This document shows, piece after piece, positions 63,863-64,000 of a DNA stretch of 64,000 bases (position 1 is its first letter; each line of letters starts with the position of its first letter). Made by a program: the position numbers and the translations under genes. The notes below the pieces were generated by a model. It did no database searches, was not told where the DNA came from, and worked only from the letters and a program-made list of their open reading frames with translations. The DNA is taken from NCBI GenBank assembly GCA_964016885.1, contig OZ024746.1, positions 62,000,001-62,064,000 of the forward strand, read 5' to 3'. This DNA is from Eledone cirrhosa. Lineage: Eukaryota.

Positions 63863-64000
63863 GTATTTATTATAAAAACAGATTAAATATTTGCTCTACG
63901 GGTTTAGTTATATTTTATATATATATATAATCCTTATCGAACCCTCTTCGGATTTTAGTCTTCACATTTATTATTACTATATATATATATGTGTGTGTGT

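Overview
AT-rich, microsatellite-saturated animal DNA. The tRNA-SINE repertoire and repeat density suggest a cephalopod such as Octopus (inference). The only host coding sequence I can support is the homeobox-containing last coding exon of Gbx/unplugged (45800-46284, +). I found no first exon, so the preceding ~45 kb is probably intron. The rest is simple repeats, minisatellites, tRNA-derived SINEs, LINE remnants (RTE, R4/Dong-like, Tx1-like, CR1/L2-like), Tc1/mariner relics and MITEs. The main unexplained signal is a set of at least eight unrelated short element families in (TA)n tracts, mostly as asymmetric head-to-head inverted repeats. Nearly all carry a minimal type I hammerhead ribozyme core (CUGANGA...GAAAY-palindrome-NUH), and several share a covarying RCTC...GAGY motif just beyond the end of the short arm. 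I interpret these as Penelope-like or retrozyme-like insertions. Other highlights are a rearranged mariner whose 102-bp TIRs contain the transposase 3' end, and a covarying multi-stem RNA leader on a non-autonomous RTE family. Repeat coordinates were read by eye and may be off by a few bases.
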